Below are positions 1 to 12,457 of a DNA stretch of 64,000 nucleotides, one piece after another. Source of the DNA: an uncultured candidatus Porisulfidus sp. (lineage in GTDB: Bacteria > Pseudomonadota > Gammaproteobacteria > Poriferisulfidales > Poriferisulfidaceae); assembly GCA_965204575.1 (NCBI GenBank), contig OZ241993.1, positions 1,120,001 through 1,184,000 on the forward strand, written 5' to 3'. The notes beneath the pieces were generated by a model, which was given only the letters and a program-made list of their open reading frames with translations, did not search any database and was not told where the DNA came from. How positions within the stretch are numbered: position 1 is the first letter of the stretch; every line of letters starts with the position of its first letter. Made by a program: the position numbers and the translations under genes.

Positions 1-149
1 TCGAAGGCTACATCGAGCGGTCCCGTGCCGAAGAAGATCTCGCGGCAACCGAATGATCTGGCTGGACAGGTCTTTTGTCTTTGGAGCGGAGTAATACTAC
101 TGAGCGAGAAAATCGATCTGGAGTTCCGGACAATCACCGGGAGTTATTT

Positions 150-497
150 GTGGGCAGAAAAACGTCGAAAACTTTGGAGGAGGTGCTGAATCAGCTTCCG
201 CCTGAGCGTCGCAAGAAAATCGACGAACGAACGGACGAGCTGATCGCCGAAATCATGTCGTTGCAGGAATTGCGCAAGGTTCGGGAACAAACCCAGGAGC
301 ACATCGCCGAGACGCTTGGAATCACCCAAGAGAATGTTTCGCGCATCGAGAAGCGCCGGGATCTTCTGGTCTCGACGCTCAGACGGCAGGTCGAAGCCTT
401 GGGCGGACGGTTGAGCCTGATCGCAAGGTTCCCCGATCATCCTTCAGTGGAACTGACCGGCATCGCCGATTCGGACGAAGGCGAACCTTCGACTTAG
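150..497 (+). CDS. XRE-family HTH protein, HigA-like antitoxin (no toxin adjacent)
   Basis: SLQELRKVREQTQEHIAETLGITQENVSRIEKRRDLLVSTLR...GGRL HTH pattern; GTG at 150 after GGGAG preferred over TTG at 75. Confidence 0.8.
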   Translation: MGRKTSKTLEEVLNQLPPERRKKIDERTDELIAEIMSLQELRKVREQTQEHIAETLGITQENVSRIEKRRDLLVSTLRRQVEALGGRLSLIARFPDHPSVELTGIADSDEGEPST

Positions 498-585
498 TCA
501 CAGGGTTTACCAGCCTTTGCGTGGTATCGCTCGGAGAAGCATCCTGGCCATCCGTTATGACATGAGTACATTATTTTGATTTGAA

Positions 586-828
586 ATGAAGGAAATTCAA
601 CTGCGTGAGGCAAAAGCAAAACTGTCTGCCATTGTCGACGGCGCGTATCATGGTGCGCCTGCGGTGATTACCCGCCACGGCAAGCCTCGCGCCGTGATCT
701 TGGGAATTGACGAATGGTATCGTCTCCGCCAAGTCCCTTCCTTCGGAGAATTGCTGATGTCGGCTCCCTTGGAAGACGGGGATCTTCCGGAACGGGATAC
801 AAGCCCTCCGCGTGACATTGAGTTTTAG
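586..828 (+). CDS. Phd/YefM family antitoxin
   Basis: MKEIQLREAKAKLSAIVD..G.PAVITRHGKPRAV signature. Confidence 0.9.
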   Translation: MKEIQLREAKAKLSAIVDGAYHGAPAVITRHGKPRAVILGIDEWYRLRQVPSFGELLMSAPLEDGDLPERDTSPPRDIEF

Positions 829-836
829 GGTGGTCC

Positions 837-860
837 GTGTACCTTGCGGACACGAAAACT
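837..860 (+). pseudogene. Vestigial 5' end of a VapC/PIN toxin
   Basis: GTG-TAC-CTT-GCG-GAC-ACG = MYLADT, like the VapC start MYLLDTN, 8 nt after the antitoxin; similarity stops at the convergent lpxB end. Confidence 0.5.
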
Positions 861-864
861 GAAA

Positions 865-2019
865 TTATCCAGATCCAGAAATTACCTGTTCTGCGCAGCC
901 GGCGAGTTGGCGCATGCCGGCCGCCGGCCCCAGCCGTTCCTCGACTTTCTGTAGCCGCACGCGCATCTGATCGAGCCGGGTCGGATCGTCCAGCCATGGC
1001 GTCAGGGCGGCCGTAACCTGTTGGGGTGTCGCATCGGCCTGGATCAACTCGGTGACCAGGTCTTCGCCCGCGACGATGTTCGCGAGGCAATACCGGTCGA
1101 TGCGCACCAGCAGGCGTGCCAATAAATAGCTCAGGTTCGCTAGGCGATAGATCATGCAGAACGGGACGCGCATCAAGGCCAGCTGCAAGGTGACCGTGCC
1201 GGAGGCCGCCGCCGCCATGTCGCACACCTGCATGGCGTCGTAGACCGGTTCCTGCAGGCATTTCACTTCGGGCAGGTCGCCGAGCCACGGGGCGTAGTCG
1301 TTCGGTTTCAGCCCGGGCGGCATCACCAGCGCGAACTGCGGCCGGGCGGGATGATTCCTCAGTTCGCGCACCGCCCCGGCGCAGACCGGCATCAGGTGGG
1401 CGAGTTCGCTGCGTCGGGAACCGGGGAAGAGGCCGACCACGGGGCGCCGTGCGTCCAGTCCCCAGCGCTCGCGGACGGCATCGGGCGGCCGCGTCGGGCT
1501 TGTTTGTCCGCGCAGGGGGTGCCCGACGTAAGTGACGGGCACGCGGTGTTTCTCGTAGAAATCCCGCTCGAACGGGAAGACCACCGCCATGTGGTTGATG
1601 TGGCGCCGGATCGCGTGCACCCGCCAGGCCCGCCAGGCCCAGATCTGCGGACTGATGTAGAACAGCACCGGCACGCCGTGCCGATGCGCGAACCGGGCGA
1701 GCCGCAGGTTGAATTCCGGATAGTCGATCAACACCAGAAGTCGGGGCTTCCGGGCCAGGACCTGAGCCTTGAGGGTTTTCAGCGCACTTCGGATTTCCCG
1801 GTAATGGCGCAAGACCTCCACCAGCCCAACGACGGCAAGCTCGGTGGAGTCGACCACCAGTTCGATGCCGGCTTCGCGCGAGGCTTCGCCGCCCATGCCG
1901 GACCAGGTCCACTCGGGATGCCGGGCACGCAGTTCCTCGACCAGTTCCGCTGCGTATCGGTCCCCGGAGGCCTCCCCCGAGACCAGCATCAGGTGGGGAG
2001 CCGTTTCAGGATTCGGCAC
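865..2019 (-). CDS. lpxB: Lipid-A-disaccharide synthase
   Basis: SGEASGD, IDYPEFN, YISPQIWAWR, FPGSRRSE, ASGTVTL motifs. Confidence 0.97.
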   Translation of the reverse strand: MPNPETAPHLMLVSGEASGDRYAAELVEELRARHPEWTWSGMGGEASREAGIELVVDSTELAVVGLVEVLRHYREIRSALKTLKAQVLARKPRLLVLIDYPEFNLRLARFAHRHGVPVLFYISPQIWAWRAWRVHAIRRHINHMAVVFPFERDFYEKHRVPVTYVGHPLRGQTSPTRPPDAVRERWGLDARRPVVGLFPGSRRSELAHLMPVCAGAVRELRNHPARPQFALVMPPGLKPNDYAPWLGDLPEVKCLQEPVYDAMQVCDMAAAASGTVTLQLALMRVPFCMIYRLANLSYLLARLLVRIDRYCLANIVAGEDLVTELIQADATPQQVTAALTPWLDDPTRLDQMRVRLQKVEERLGPAAGMRQLAGCAEQVISGSG

Positions 2020-3103
2020 GAGCGAGACTGGCGCAGATTTGTTCGATCTGGGCGGACGAAAGTTCCGGGAACATGGGCAGCGACAGGCACTGGTCGCAGA
2101 CCTGTTCGGCCCCCGGCAGCGAAACCCCGTCCGCCCATGGCGCGTAGGCTTCCTGCCGGTGCAGGGGGATCGGATAGTAGATCCGGCTCTCGATGCCGTC
2201 CTTGGCCAGTTGTTCCTTGAGGGCGTCGCGCTGCGGGCTCAGCAGGGTGTACTGGTGCCAGACGTGCCCGTCCGCGTCCACGGGAGGCTGGATTCCGTCC
2301 AGTTTCTGGAGCCTTTCGGTATAGAGGTCCGCGGCCTGCCGGCGTTTCTCGTTCCATTCGGCGACATGCGGGAGTTTGACGCGCAGGATAGCGGCTTGGA
2401 GTTCGTCGAGGCGGCTGTTCAGCCCCAGCGTTTCATGGTGGTAGGGCTGGCTGGAGCCGTGGTTGCGCAAGGCGCGCAGCCGGGCGGCGAGTCCGGAGTC
2501 GCCGGTTGTAACGGCACCGCCATCGCCGCATCCGCCCAGGTTCTTGCTGGGGAAGAAGCTGAAGGAGGCGACCTGCCCGAACGTGCCGGTCACCTGGCCT
2601 TTGGTTTTCGCGCCAAAACTTTGCGCGCAATCCTCGACGATGGCGACATCTGGCCCGACTGCCTCCCGGACGGCGGAAACATCGGCGGGCCGGCCGTACA
2701 GATGCACGACCACGGCCGCGCGAGTGCGGGACGTCATCGCGTTTCGGCACGATTCGGGATCAACCAGGAAAGAATCGGGGTCGATGTCCACGAAGACCGG
2801 GCGTGCGCCGGTCAGGGCGACGGCCTCGGCGGGCGCGGCAAAAGTAAAGGCCGGGACCAGGACCTCGTCGCCGGGCCCAATATCAAGTGCGCGCAGGGAC
2901 AGGCACAGCGCATCCGTGCCGGAAGCGCAACTGACCACGTGGCCGATGCCGAGCATCTCGCCGAGTTCTGACTCCAGGGCTTCGACCTCCGGACCGAGCA
3001 CGTACCGGCCGCTGCGCAGCACGCGCAGGGCGGCGGCTTCGATATCCTCCTGCAGGGCCGCGTATTGCGCGGTCAGGTCCAGGATGGGGATGGCGGGGCT
3101 CAT
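2006..3103 (-). CDS. gnnB: DegT/DnrJ/EryC1/StrS PLP aminotransferase, likely GnnB
   Basis: IPILDL start at 3103, SGTDAL, EDCAQSFGA, FSFFPSKNLG, NSRLDELQAA; lies between a Gfo/Idh/MocA gene and lpxB. Confidence 0.8.
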   Translation of the reverse strand: MSPAIPILDLTAQYAALQEDIEAAALRVLRSGRYVLGPEVEALESELGEMLGIGHVVSCASGTDALCLSLRALDIGPGDEVLVPAFTFAAPAEAVALTGARPVFVDIDPDSFLVDPESCRNAMTSRTRAAVVVHLYGRPADVSAVREAVGPDVAIVEDCAQSFGAKTKGQVTGTFGQVASFSFFPSKNLGGCGDGGAVTTGDSGLAARLRALRNHGSSQPYHHETLGLNSRLDELQAAILRVKLPHVAEWNEKRRQAADLYTERLQKLDGIQPPVDADGHVWHQYTLLSPQRDALKEQLAKDGIESRIYYPIPLHRQEAYAPWADGVSLPGAEQVCDQCLSLPMFPELSSAQIEQICASLARAES

Positions 3104-4047
3104 GAGGCGTCCGTCTCCCGCATTCGCCGGGTGACTTCCAGTGCGGTGCGCAGGGCGCGCAGGCCATCTTCCCCCCGCACCATGGGTTCGGTGCCCTGCC
3201 GGATGCAGTCGATGAAGTGGCGAATCTCCTCGCGCAGCGAATCGGTTTCCTGAAAGGCCTCGGTCGCATGCTCGATGCGTTCCGAGGGCGGGGCATCGCC
3301 TTCGCGCAGGCGGTAGCGGTCCAGTTCCCGCTTGTGCAGGTCGAGGGCGTAGCAGGAGTGGTGCTGGAAGACGCGCATCCGGCGCTCGCTGCGGCGGCTC
3401 AGGCGGCTGGCGGTGACATTGGCGACGCAGCCGCTGGGGAATTCGAGCCGGGCGTTGGCGATGTCCAGGGTGTCGCCGATCACGGCGGCGCCGCTGGCGC
3501 GGATTTCGTGGGGGTCCTCGCCGACCACGGTCAGGGCCAGGTCGATGTCGTGGATCATCAGGTCCAGGGTCACGTCGATTTCGGCGCCGCGCGGGGTCCA
3601 GGGCGCCAGGCGGTGGACTTCGATGAAACGGGGGGTCTCGAGCCCCTGCATCAGGGCGCAGAACGCCGAGTTGAACCGCTCCAGCAGGCCGACCTGGACG
3701 ATGCGTTGCTTCCGGCGGGCGAGTTCGATCAGTTCGGTGGCTTCTTCGACCGAGGAGGTGAAAGGCTTCTCGACCAGCACGTGGCAGTCGGCTTCCAGGC
3801 AGGCCCGGGTGATCTCGTGGTGCTTCGCGGTCGGCACGACGATGCTGACCGCGTCCACCTGGCCGAGGATTTCGCGGTAGTCGGTGAAGCCGGGAACTTC
3901 GAGTTCTTCGCAGGTGTCGGCAAGGCGCTCGGGATCGGTGTCGGCCACGCCGACCAGCTCGGAGTCGCTTAAGGCCGCGTACTTCTGCGCATGAAACCGC
4001 CCCAGGTAGCCGACCCCGATGACGGCGGTGCGAAGCGGGGAAGTCAC
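3100..4047 (-). CDS. gnnA: Gfo/Idh/MocA oxidoreductase, likely UDP-GlcNAc 3-dehydrogenase GnnA
   Basis: TAVIGVGYLGRFHAQKY, LVEKP, ERFN, DLMIHDID, ANVTASR; GTG start inferred at 4047. Confidence 0.8.
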   Translation of the reverse strand: MTSPLRTAVIGVGYLGRFHAQKYAALSDSELVGVADTDPERLADTCEELEVPGFTDYREILGQVDAVSIVVPTAKHHEITRACLEADCHVLVEKPFTSSVEEATELIELARRKQRIVQVGLLERFNSAFCALMQGLETPRFIEVHRLAPWTPRGAEIDVTLDLMIHDIDLALTVVGEDPHEIRASGAAVIGDTLDIANARLEFPSGCVANVTASRLSRRSERRMRVFQHHSCYALDLHKRELDRYRLREGDAPPSERIEHATEAFQETDSLREEIRHFIDCIRQGTEPMVRGEDGLRALRTALEVTRRMRETDAS

Positions 4048-4184
4048 GGCAGGAAAGGCGGTTGGACAGTGCGGCGCGGTTCCCGAAATTATAGCCCGCG
4101 GGGCTTTTCGGGGCACGGATTCCGGCTTGGGTACAATGCGGTTGTACGCTCGATTTTGCTTCCTGACCTTTTCCGACCCTGCCG

Positions 4185-4799
4185 ATGCCTGTCCCGCTGG
4201 AGTTATTGCCGACCCTGCCGGATCTTGGCTGTGTTGCGGGGGTGGACGAGGCGGGACGGGGCGCGTTGGCCGGGCCGGTCGCCGCGGCCGCCGTGGTGCT
4301 GCCGGCGGATTGCCGCATCGAGGGCCTGACCGATTCCAAGAAGCTGACGCCGGCGCAGCGGGCGCGCGTGGCGGTGCAGGTCCGGGCTTCTGCCCGGGCG
4401 TACGCGGTGGCGTTCGTGTCGGCGCGGGAGATCGACCGCATCAACATCCTGCAGGCGAGCCTGCGCGCGATGGCGGAAGCAGTGGCTCGGCTGCCGGGCG
4501 GGATTGAGCACGTGCTGGTGGACGGTCGGCACTGCCCGGAATTGCCGTGCCCGGCAACGGCGGTGATTGGCGGAGATGCCCGAGTGGCCAGCATCAGTGC
4601 GGCGTCGGTGCTTGCCAAGGAGGCGCGCGATGCCTGGATGCGCTATTGCGACCTGCAGGAGCCGTGCTACCGATTCGCCCGGCACAAGGGCTACCCCTCG
4701 GCGGAACACCTGCGCGCCCTGTCCGAACACGGGCCCGGGGGGCAGCATCGGCGCAGTTACGCCCCGGTGCGCGCGGTGCTGGAGGAGCAGGCCGCATGA
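4185..4799 (+). CDS. rnhB: Ribonuclease HII
   Basis: GVDEAGRG, DSKKL, IDRINILQA, SISAASVLAK, HKGY. Confidence 0.97.
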   Translation: MPVPLELLPTLPDLGCVAGVDEAGRGALAGPVAAAAVVLPADCRIEGLTDSKKLTPAQRARVAVQVRASARAYAVAFVSAREIDRINILQASLRAMAEAVARLPGGIEHVLVDGRHCPELPCPATAVIGGDARVASISAASVLAKEARDAWMRYCDLQEPCYRFARHKGYPSAEHLRALSEHGPGGQHRRSYAPVRAVLEEQAA

Positions 4800-7700
4800 G
4801 CTTCGTCCACCTGCACCTGCATACCGAGTATTCACTGGACGACGGGCTGGTGCGCATCGACCCGCTGATGGAGCGGGCGGCGGAATTGGCCATGCCGGCG
4901 GTCGCCCTGACCGACCGCAACAACCTGTTCGCCGCCGTCAAGTTCTACAAGACGGCGCTGAACTACGGCATCAAGCCGATCCTGGGCGCGGAGGTCGACC
5001 TCGAGGTGCCGGTCATGCACGACCGGTTCGCCCGGACGGTGCTGCTGTGCCAGAACCAGGAGGGCTACCAGAACCTCTGCCAGTTGCTGAGCGACCGCTA
5101 TCGGGATGGACGCGACCAGATCCTGCGCGAGGACCTGGCGAAGTGCAACGAAGGATTGATTGCCCTTTCCGGCGGCGTCGCCGGGGATCTCGGGCAGGCC
5201 ATGATCGCCGAGAACCGCCGGGCCGCGAATGCGGCGCTGGAATACTGGAAGCGCCATTTTCCCGAGCGGTTCTACCTGGAGGTGACCAAGACCGACCGGG
5301 AGCACGAAGAGGATTTCCTGCAGTTCGCGCTGGAGTGCGTGAGCGAACACGATTTGCCGATGGTCGCAACCAACGACGTACGGTTCCTGTCCAGCGAAGA
5401 TTTCGAGGCGCACGAGGTTCGCGTGTGCATCCGAAGCCAGAAGCGCGTCAACGATCCGGACCGGGTGCGCGAGTACAGCAAGGAGCAGCACCTGCGCCCG
5501 GAGATCGTGATGCGGGAGGCGTTCGAGAGTTATCCGGAGGCACTTGAGAACACCGAGCAGATTGCGATGCGTTGCAACTGCCGGCTGGATCTGGGGCGGA
5601 CGTTGTTGCCGGCCTTCCCGACTCCCGACGGGGAGTCGATGGACGACTACCTGGACCGGTTGGCGAACGAGGGTTTAACCCGTCGCCTGGAGCGCCTTGA
5701 GACCAGCGGGCAGATGGTGGGGCCGGAGTCCGATTACCGGGAGCGGCTTGAGCATGAACTCAGGGTCATTCACCAGACCGGTTTCAGCGGCTATTTCGTG
5801 ATCGTCGCGGACTTCGTGGAGTGGGCGCGCGACAACGACATCCCGGTCGGCCCCGGGCGCGGCTCCGGTGCCGGATCGCTGGTGGCCTACGCCCTCGGGA
5901 TCACCGGCCTTGACCCGTTGCGCTACGGGCTCCTGTTCGAACGTTTCCTGAACCCCGACCGCGTCAGCATGCCGGACTTCGACATCGATTTCTGCAACCA
6001 GAACCGCGACCGGGTGATCGAGTACGTGCGCAAGCGCTACGGGGAGGACAGCGTGGCGCAGATCATCACCTACGGCACGATGGCGGCGAAGGCGGCGATC
6101 CGCGATGTCGGGCGTGTGCTCGGGGCCCCGTACAACTATTGCGACCGCATCGCGCGCGCGGTGCCGAACGAGTTGGGAATCACCTTGACGAAGGCCTATC
6201 AGGACTCCCCGGAGTTCCGGGAACTGGTCAGCCATCCGGAAGACACGACGGGCGCGCACCTGTACGAGGTGGCGCTGCAGTTGGAAGGGGTGGTGCGCAA
6301 TGCTTCGCGGCATGCCGCCGGGGTGGTAATCGCTCCGGGTGCGCTCACCGACTTCACGCCGCTGTATTTCGAGGCCCGGCAGCCCGACGTGGCGATCACC
6401 CAGTTCGACATGAAGGATGTCGAGGAGATCGGCCTGACCAAGTTCGATTTTCTCGGCCTGCGCACGGTGACGCTACTGCACCAGTGCCTGGGCACGGTCA
6501 ATGCGCGCCTTGAGACGCCGCTGGACCTGGACACGCTGCCGCTTGACGACGCGAAAACCTACGAGTTGCTGCAGCAGGCGCAGACCACGGAGGTGTTCCA
6601 GCTGGAGTCGGCAGGAATGCGCGACTTGCTGATCCGGATGAAGCCGGACTGCTTCGACGACCTGGTCGCGCTGGTCGCGCTGTATCGCCCGGGGCCGCTC
6701 AACTCGAAGATGGACGTCGAGTACATCCAGTGCAAGCGCGACCCGAGCCGGATCCGCTACCTGCACCCGGACCTGGAGCCGATTCTGGCGCCGACCTTCG
6801 GCGTCATCCTGTACCAGGAGCAGGTCATGCAGATCGCCCGCGAACTGGCGGGCTATTCGCTCGGCGAGACCGACCTGCTGCGCCGCGCCATGGGCAAGAA
6901 GAAGCCGGAGGAGATGGCGGAGCACGCCGAGCGCTTCCAGAAGGGAGCCGCCCAGCATGGCCTGGCGCCCTACGTGGCGCAGAAGATCTTCGACCTGATG
7001 AAGGAATTCGCGGAATACGGGTTCAACAAGTCGCATTCGGTCGCGTATGCGCTGCTGGCATACCGGACCGCCTGGTTCAAGGCGCACCACCCGGATGCGT
7101 TCATGGCGGCGGCGATGTCCAGCGTGATCGACGACACCGACAAGCTTGCGCTGCTGTGCAAGGAGGCGCGCGAACTCGAGTTGGCGCTGAAAGGGCCGGA
7201 CGTGAACGGGTCCGACTACTACTTCACGGTCCCGGCGGAGGGCGAGATCCGTTATGGGCTGGGCGCGATCAAGGGGGTCGGGCAGGGCCTGGTGATGCGC
7301 CTGGCGGAGGAGCGCGGAGAGACGCCGTTCGCCAGCCTGGAGGACCTGTGCCATCGCCTGGACACCCGGGACTACAGCGAGCGAGACCTGCGCGCGTTGA
7401 TTCATGCAGGTGCGCTGGACGGATTCGGTGCGAGCCGCCGGGCCATGGCGGAAGTGGCCGGCCGCTTCAAGACTCAGGCCCAGCGAATCCAGTCGGACCG
7501 GGACGTGGGCCAGGATTCGCTGTTCGCGCAGGAACCGGCCGCAGAGCTTTGTGCACTGCCGCAGGCCGAGGAGGAATATGAGACATCCGAGCGGCTGGCG
7601 TACGAGTTCGAAGCCTTGGGGCTCTATTTCAGCGGACACCCGTTCCTGCAGTACCGACAGCAGGTGACGCAGGTGGTGACGCAGTCGTTGTCCCAGGTGC

Positions 7701-8251
7701 GGCAGTCCGCCGAGGAAGCAGTGGAGGCTGGGCGCGGGCGGTCGTGGGAGATGCGCACCGCCGGCGTGGTGATGAAGATCTCCTATCCGCGCAACGGCGA
7801 GGTGGCGTTCCTTGACCTCGAAGATGACCGGGAGCGACTGGAGGTCGTCTCCCAGGACCCGAGACGCGCGAAAGACTTCGAGGTGGGAGACCTGGTGCTG
7901 GTCCAGGGCGAAGTTCGGGTGCAGCCGAAAGCGGAACGCGGCGAACGCCTGCGGATCCGGGCGAAATCGCTTTATTCCCTGGATCAGGTGAACCAGCAGT
8001 GGGCGAAGCGGGTGCATATCGTCCTCAACGGCGACAGCGGTCCGGACACGGTGCACGCCATCAAGCAGGCGCTGGTCGACCACCGAGGCGGCTGCGAGGT
8101 GAGCGTCGAGTACGTGGGAGAACGCGGCCCCAGCAAGTGGGTGCTGGACGAGGACTGGAGGGTTTCTGCGGACGAAGAGGCGCTGCAGGCGTTGCGGGGC
8201 GTCGCGGGCGTGGAATCGGCAAATGTCCTATACTCGCCGATTGACCCTTAG
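4796..8251 (+). CDS. dnaE: DNA polymerase III alpha subunit
   Basis: MSFVHLHLHTEYSLDDG PHP start overlapping the rnhB stop; GPGRGSGAGS, MPDFDIDF, YGFNKSH. Confidence 0.98.
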   Translation: MSFVHLHLHTEYSLDDGLVRIDPLMERAAELAMPAVALTDRNNLFAAVKFYKTALNYGIKPILGAEVDLEVPVMHDRFARTVLLCQNQEGYQNLCQLLSDRYRDGRDQILREDLAKCNEGLIALSGGVAGDLGQAMIAENRRAANAALEYWKRHFPERFYLEVTKTDREHEEDFLQFALECVSEHDLPMVATNDVRFLSSEDFEAHEVRVCIRSQKRVNDPDRVREYSKEQHLRPEIVMREAFESYPEALENTEQIAMRCNCRLDLGRTLLPAFPTPDGESMDDYLDRLANEGLTRRLERLETSGQMVGPESDYRERLEHELRVIHQTGFSGYFVIVADFVEWARDNDIPVGPGRGSGAGSLVAYALGITGLDPLRYGLLFERFLNPDRVSMPDFDIDFCNQNRDRVIEYVRKRYGEDSVAQIITYGTMAAKAAIRDVGRVLGAPYNYCDRIARAVPNELGITLTKAYQDSPEFRELVSHPEDTTGAHLYEVALQLEGVVRNASRHAAGVVIAPGALTDFTPLYFEARQPDVAITQFDMKDVEEIGLTKFDFLGLRTVTLLHQCLGTVNARLETPLDLDTLPLDDAKTYELLQQAQTTEVFQLESAGMRDLLIRMKPDCFDDLVALVALYRPGPLNSKMDVEYIQCKRDPSRIRYLHPDLEPILAPTFGVILYQEQVMQIARELAGYSLGETDLLRRAMGKKKPEEMAEHAERFQKGAAQHGLAPYVAQKIFDLMKEFAEYGFNKSHSVAYALLAYRTAWFKAHHPDAFMAAAMSSVIDDTDKLALLCKEARELELALKGPDVNGSDYYFTVPAEGEIRYGLGAIKGVGQGLVMRLAEERGETPFASLEDLCHRLDTRDYSERDLRALIHAGALDGFGASRRAMAEVAGRFKTQAQRIQSDRDVGQDSLFAQEPAAELCALPQAEEEYETSERLAYEFEALGLYFSGHPFLQYRQQVTQVVTQSLSQVRQSAEEAVEAGRGRSWEMRTAGVVMKISYPRNGEVAFLDLEDDRERLEVVSQDPRRAKDFEVGDLVLVQGEVRVQPKAERGERLRIRAKSLYSLDQVNQQWAKRVHIVLNGDSGPDTVHAIKQALVDHRGGCEVSVEYVGERGPSKWVLDEDWRVSADEEALQALRGVAGVESANVLYSPIDP

Positions 8252-8263
8252 TTTTTCGCCGCC

Positions 8264-9220
8264 ATGAACCCGGATTTTCTCGACTTCGAACAGCCGATCG
8301 CCGAACTGGACGCAAAGATCCGCGAACTCCGCCACATGGGGGCGGAGAGCGACCTGGACCTCGACACCGAGATCGAGCGCCTGCAGGGCCGCAGGCGGGC
8401 ACTGGCCGAGGACATCTTTTCCAACCTGTCGGCCTGGCAGGTCACGCAATTGGCCCGCCATCCGCAGCGCCCCTACACTCGCGACTACCTGCCGCACCTG
8501 TTCAGCGAGTTCCATGAACTGCACGGCGACCAGGCGTATGCGGATGACCAGGCCATCTTGGCCGGAATGGCGCGCCTGGACAGCACGCCCGTCATGGTGA
8601 TCGGGCACCAGAAAGGCCGGGACACCAAGGAGAAACTGGAGCACAACTTCGGCATGCCGCGGCCGGAAGGCTACCGCAAGGCGCGCCGCCTGATGCAGAT
8701 GGCGGAGCGCTTCCGGATGCCGATCATTACGTTCATCGACACGCCGGGCGCATATCCGGGGATTGGCGCCGAGGAGCGAGGACAGAGCGAGGCCATTGCC
8801 CGCAACCTGGAGATCATGACCGAACTGAGGGTGCCGATCATAAGCGTTGTGATCGGCGAGGGCGGTTCCGGCGGCGCGCTGGCGATCGGCGTGAGCGATC
8901 ACCTGATGATGCTCCAGTACAGCATCTATTCGGTGATTTCCCCGGAAGGTTGCTCGTCCATCCTCTGGAAGAGCGCCGACAAGGCGCAAGAGGCTGCCGA
9001 AGCTCTGGGCCTGACGTCGGAGCGTCTCAAGCAACTTGAATTGATCGACGAAATCGTGGAGGAACCGCTGGGTGGCGCGCATCGCGACCTGGAGGCAATG
9101 TCCGCCACCCTGAAGCAGGCGTTGGCGAAGAGCCTGGCGAAACTCGGGGCCCTGGATCCGGCGGCGCTGGTCGACCGTCGGGAGGACCGTTTGCTGCAGG
9201 TCGGGATGTACCAGGCATGA
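8264..9220 (+). CDS. accA: Acetyl-CoA carboxylase carboxyltransferase alpha
   Basis: [35 protein letters not shown]. Confidence 0.98.
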   Translation: MNPDFLDFEQPIAELDAKIRELRHMGAESDLDLDTEIERLQGRRRALAEDIFSNLSAWQVTQLARHPQRPYTRDYLPHLFSEFHELHGDQAYADDQAILAGMARLDSTPVMVIGHQKGRDTKEKLEHNFGMPRPEGYRKARRLMQMAERFRMPIITFIDTPGAYPGIGAEERGQSEAIARNLEIMTELRVPIISVVIGEGGSGGALAIGVSDHLMMLQYSIYSVISPEGCSSILWKSADKAQEAAEALGLTSERLKQLELIDEIVEEPLGGAHRDLEAMSATLKQALAKSLAKLGALDPAALVDRREDRLLQVGMYQA

Positions 9221-10482
9221 CGCCATCCGCCCTTGCTGTCGCGAAGGCCCTGGAGGCGCTGCCGGAAGTCTGTCCCGGCGTGCGGACCTGGGTCGTGGCC
9301 TACAGCGGGGGCCGGGACTCGACCGCACTGTTGCATGCCACGCGCGCGTTTGCTGCCCAGCACGGCCATGCGGTGCGGGCGGTGCACGTCAACCATGGGC
9401 TTCAGCCTGCGGCCCGGGACTTCGAAAAACACTGTGCGGCGGTTTGTCGCGAGTGGGGGGTTCCCCTGGAGCGGATGCAACGGGAGGCAGATCCGACCCC
9501 CGGACTAGGCCCGGAGGCACAGGCGCGCGAAATCCGCTACCAGGCGTTGCGTCGGCATACGCGTCGCGGGGTTGCGACCCTGCTGGCGCACCACCGGGAC
9601 GACCAGGCGGAAACCCTGCTGCTGCAGTTGCTGCGGGGCGCCGGCGTGGCCGGGACCGCCGCCATGCCATTGTGCCGGGACTGGGGAGAAGGGAAGCTCG
9701 TGCGCCCGCTGCTGGACGTGTCACGCCAAGAGATCGAAGACTACGTCCGCGACCACCGTTTGGCGTTCATGGAGGATCCCAGCAACCTCGACGCCGGAAT
9801 CGAGCGCAACTTCCTGCGCCGCGAAGTGCTGCCCCTGCTGGAGGAACGCTGGCCTTCGGCATCACAGACATTGGCCCGCTCGGCTCGACATCACGCACAC
9901 GCCGCGCGCCTGCTGCAAGAGCGCGCTGGACAGGACCTGGACGACGCGGACACGATCGAGGTGGAATTCCTGGCCTCGCTCTCCCGGGACCGGCAGATCA
10001 ACCTGGTGCGCTTCTGGATTGCCCGGCAGGGGTTTCCGGTTCCAAGCGAACGGCGGCTTTCGCGGTGGCTGGACACGGTGCACGTCGCCGGTGCCGACCG
10101 CGTGCCGGCGGAGATCTTCGAGACCTACCGGATGTACCGTTGGCGCGGCCATCTGCACCTGGTGCCCCGGTTGCCGGCCCTGCCGGAAGGGCAGCGCTGG
10201 CACTGGCGCCGGGGAGAATCGCTGGTCCTGCCGGAATTGGACCTGGAGTTGCGCTGGGAATCGCTGCAGGCGCAGCTGGGCGAGGAAGTCGAGACGGACC
10301 TTGAAGTGCGGCTGCGTACAGGCGGGGAACGCTGCCGACCCGAAGGCCGGCAGCATCGCCATTCATTGAAAAAACTGCTACAGGAAGCGGGGGTTCCGCC
10401 GTGGCGCCGCGGTCGGATCCCACTGGTCTACCAGCACGCGAATCTCCGGCTAGTCTGGGACCATTTCGCGTGCCGGCCGTAG
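9217..10482 (+). CDS. tilS: tRNA(Ile)-lysidine synthetase
   Basis: [10 protein letters not shown]-loop, [18 protein letters not shown]. Confidence 0.96.
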   Translation: MTPSALAVAKALEALPEVCPGVRTWVVAYSGGRDSTALLHATRAFAAQHGHAVRAVHVNHGLQPAARDFEKHCAAVCREWGVPLERMQREADPTPGLGPEAQAREIRYQALRRHTRRGVATLLAHHRDDQAETLLLQLLRGAGVAGTAAMPLCRDWGEGKLVRPLLDVSRQEIEDYVRDHRLAFMEDPSNLDAGIERNFLRREVLPLLEERWPSASQTLARSARHHAHAARLLQERAGQDLDDADTIEVEFLASLSRDRQINLVRFWIARQGFPVPSERRLSRWLDTVHVAGADRVPAEIFETYRMYRWRGHLHLVPRLPALPEGQRWHWRRGESLVLPELDLELRWESLQAQLGEEVETDLEVRLRTGGERCRPEGRQHRHSLKKLLQEAGVPPWRRGRIPLVYQHANLRLVWDHFACRP

Positions 10483-10498
10483 CAGCCGGGGACCGGAG

Positions 10499-10681
10499 CT
10501 ACTTGCTGGAAATCCCGAAGATCTTGTAGACCGGGCAGTTCCCGATGAGGCCGGTCACCAGCGGGATCAGTCCCAGCCATGCCCACCAGGCCGCGTCGTA
10601 CATCTCCAGTCCGACATAGAGGATCACGACCCCGGCAATCACCCGAAGGACGCGTTCCACGATATGCACGTTATCTGTCAT
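10499..10681 (-). CDS. DUF2892/YgaP-like small membrane protein
   Basis: NV..ERVLRV...LGLIPLVTGL..CPVY pattern. Confidence 0.8.
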   Translation of the reverse strand: MTDNVHIVERVLRVIAGVVILYVGLEMYDAAWWAWLGLIPLVTGLIGNCPVYKIFGISSK

Positions 10682-10788
10682 GATGTTCCCTCCTCTTGGA
10701 GTATATTTTCATGCCCGTCGTGCGAGCATGTCCCAGTATACTCTTGGACGGATTTTTTGTAGGAGCGTTCCGTTCGGCACCTCCCTGA

Positions 10789-12456
<1,668 letters not shown>

Positions 12457-12457
12457 C

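Noticed and set aside
2006-4618. 870-aa ORF suggesting a large fusion aminotransferase
   Set aside because: The extension overlaps gnnA and rnhB and is low-complexity; real start is 3103
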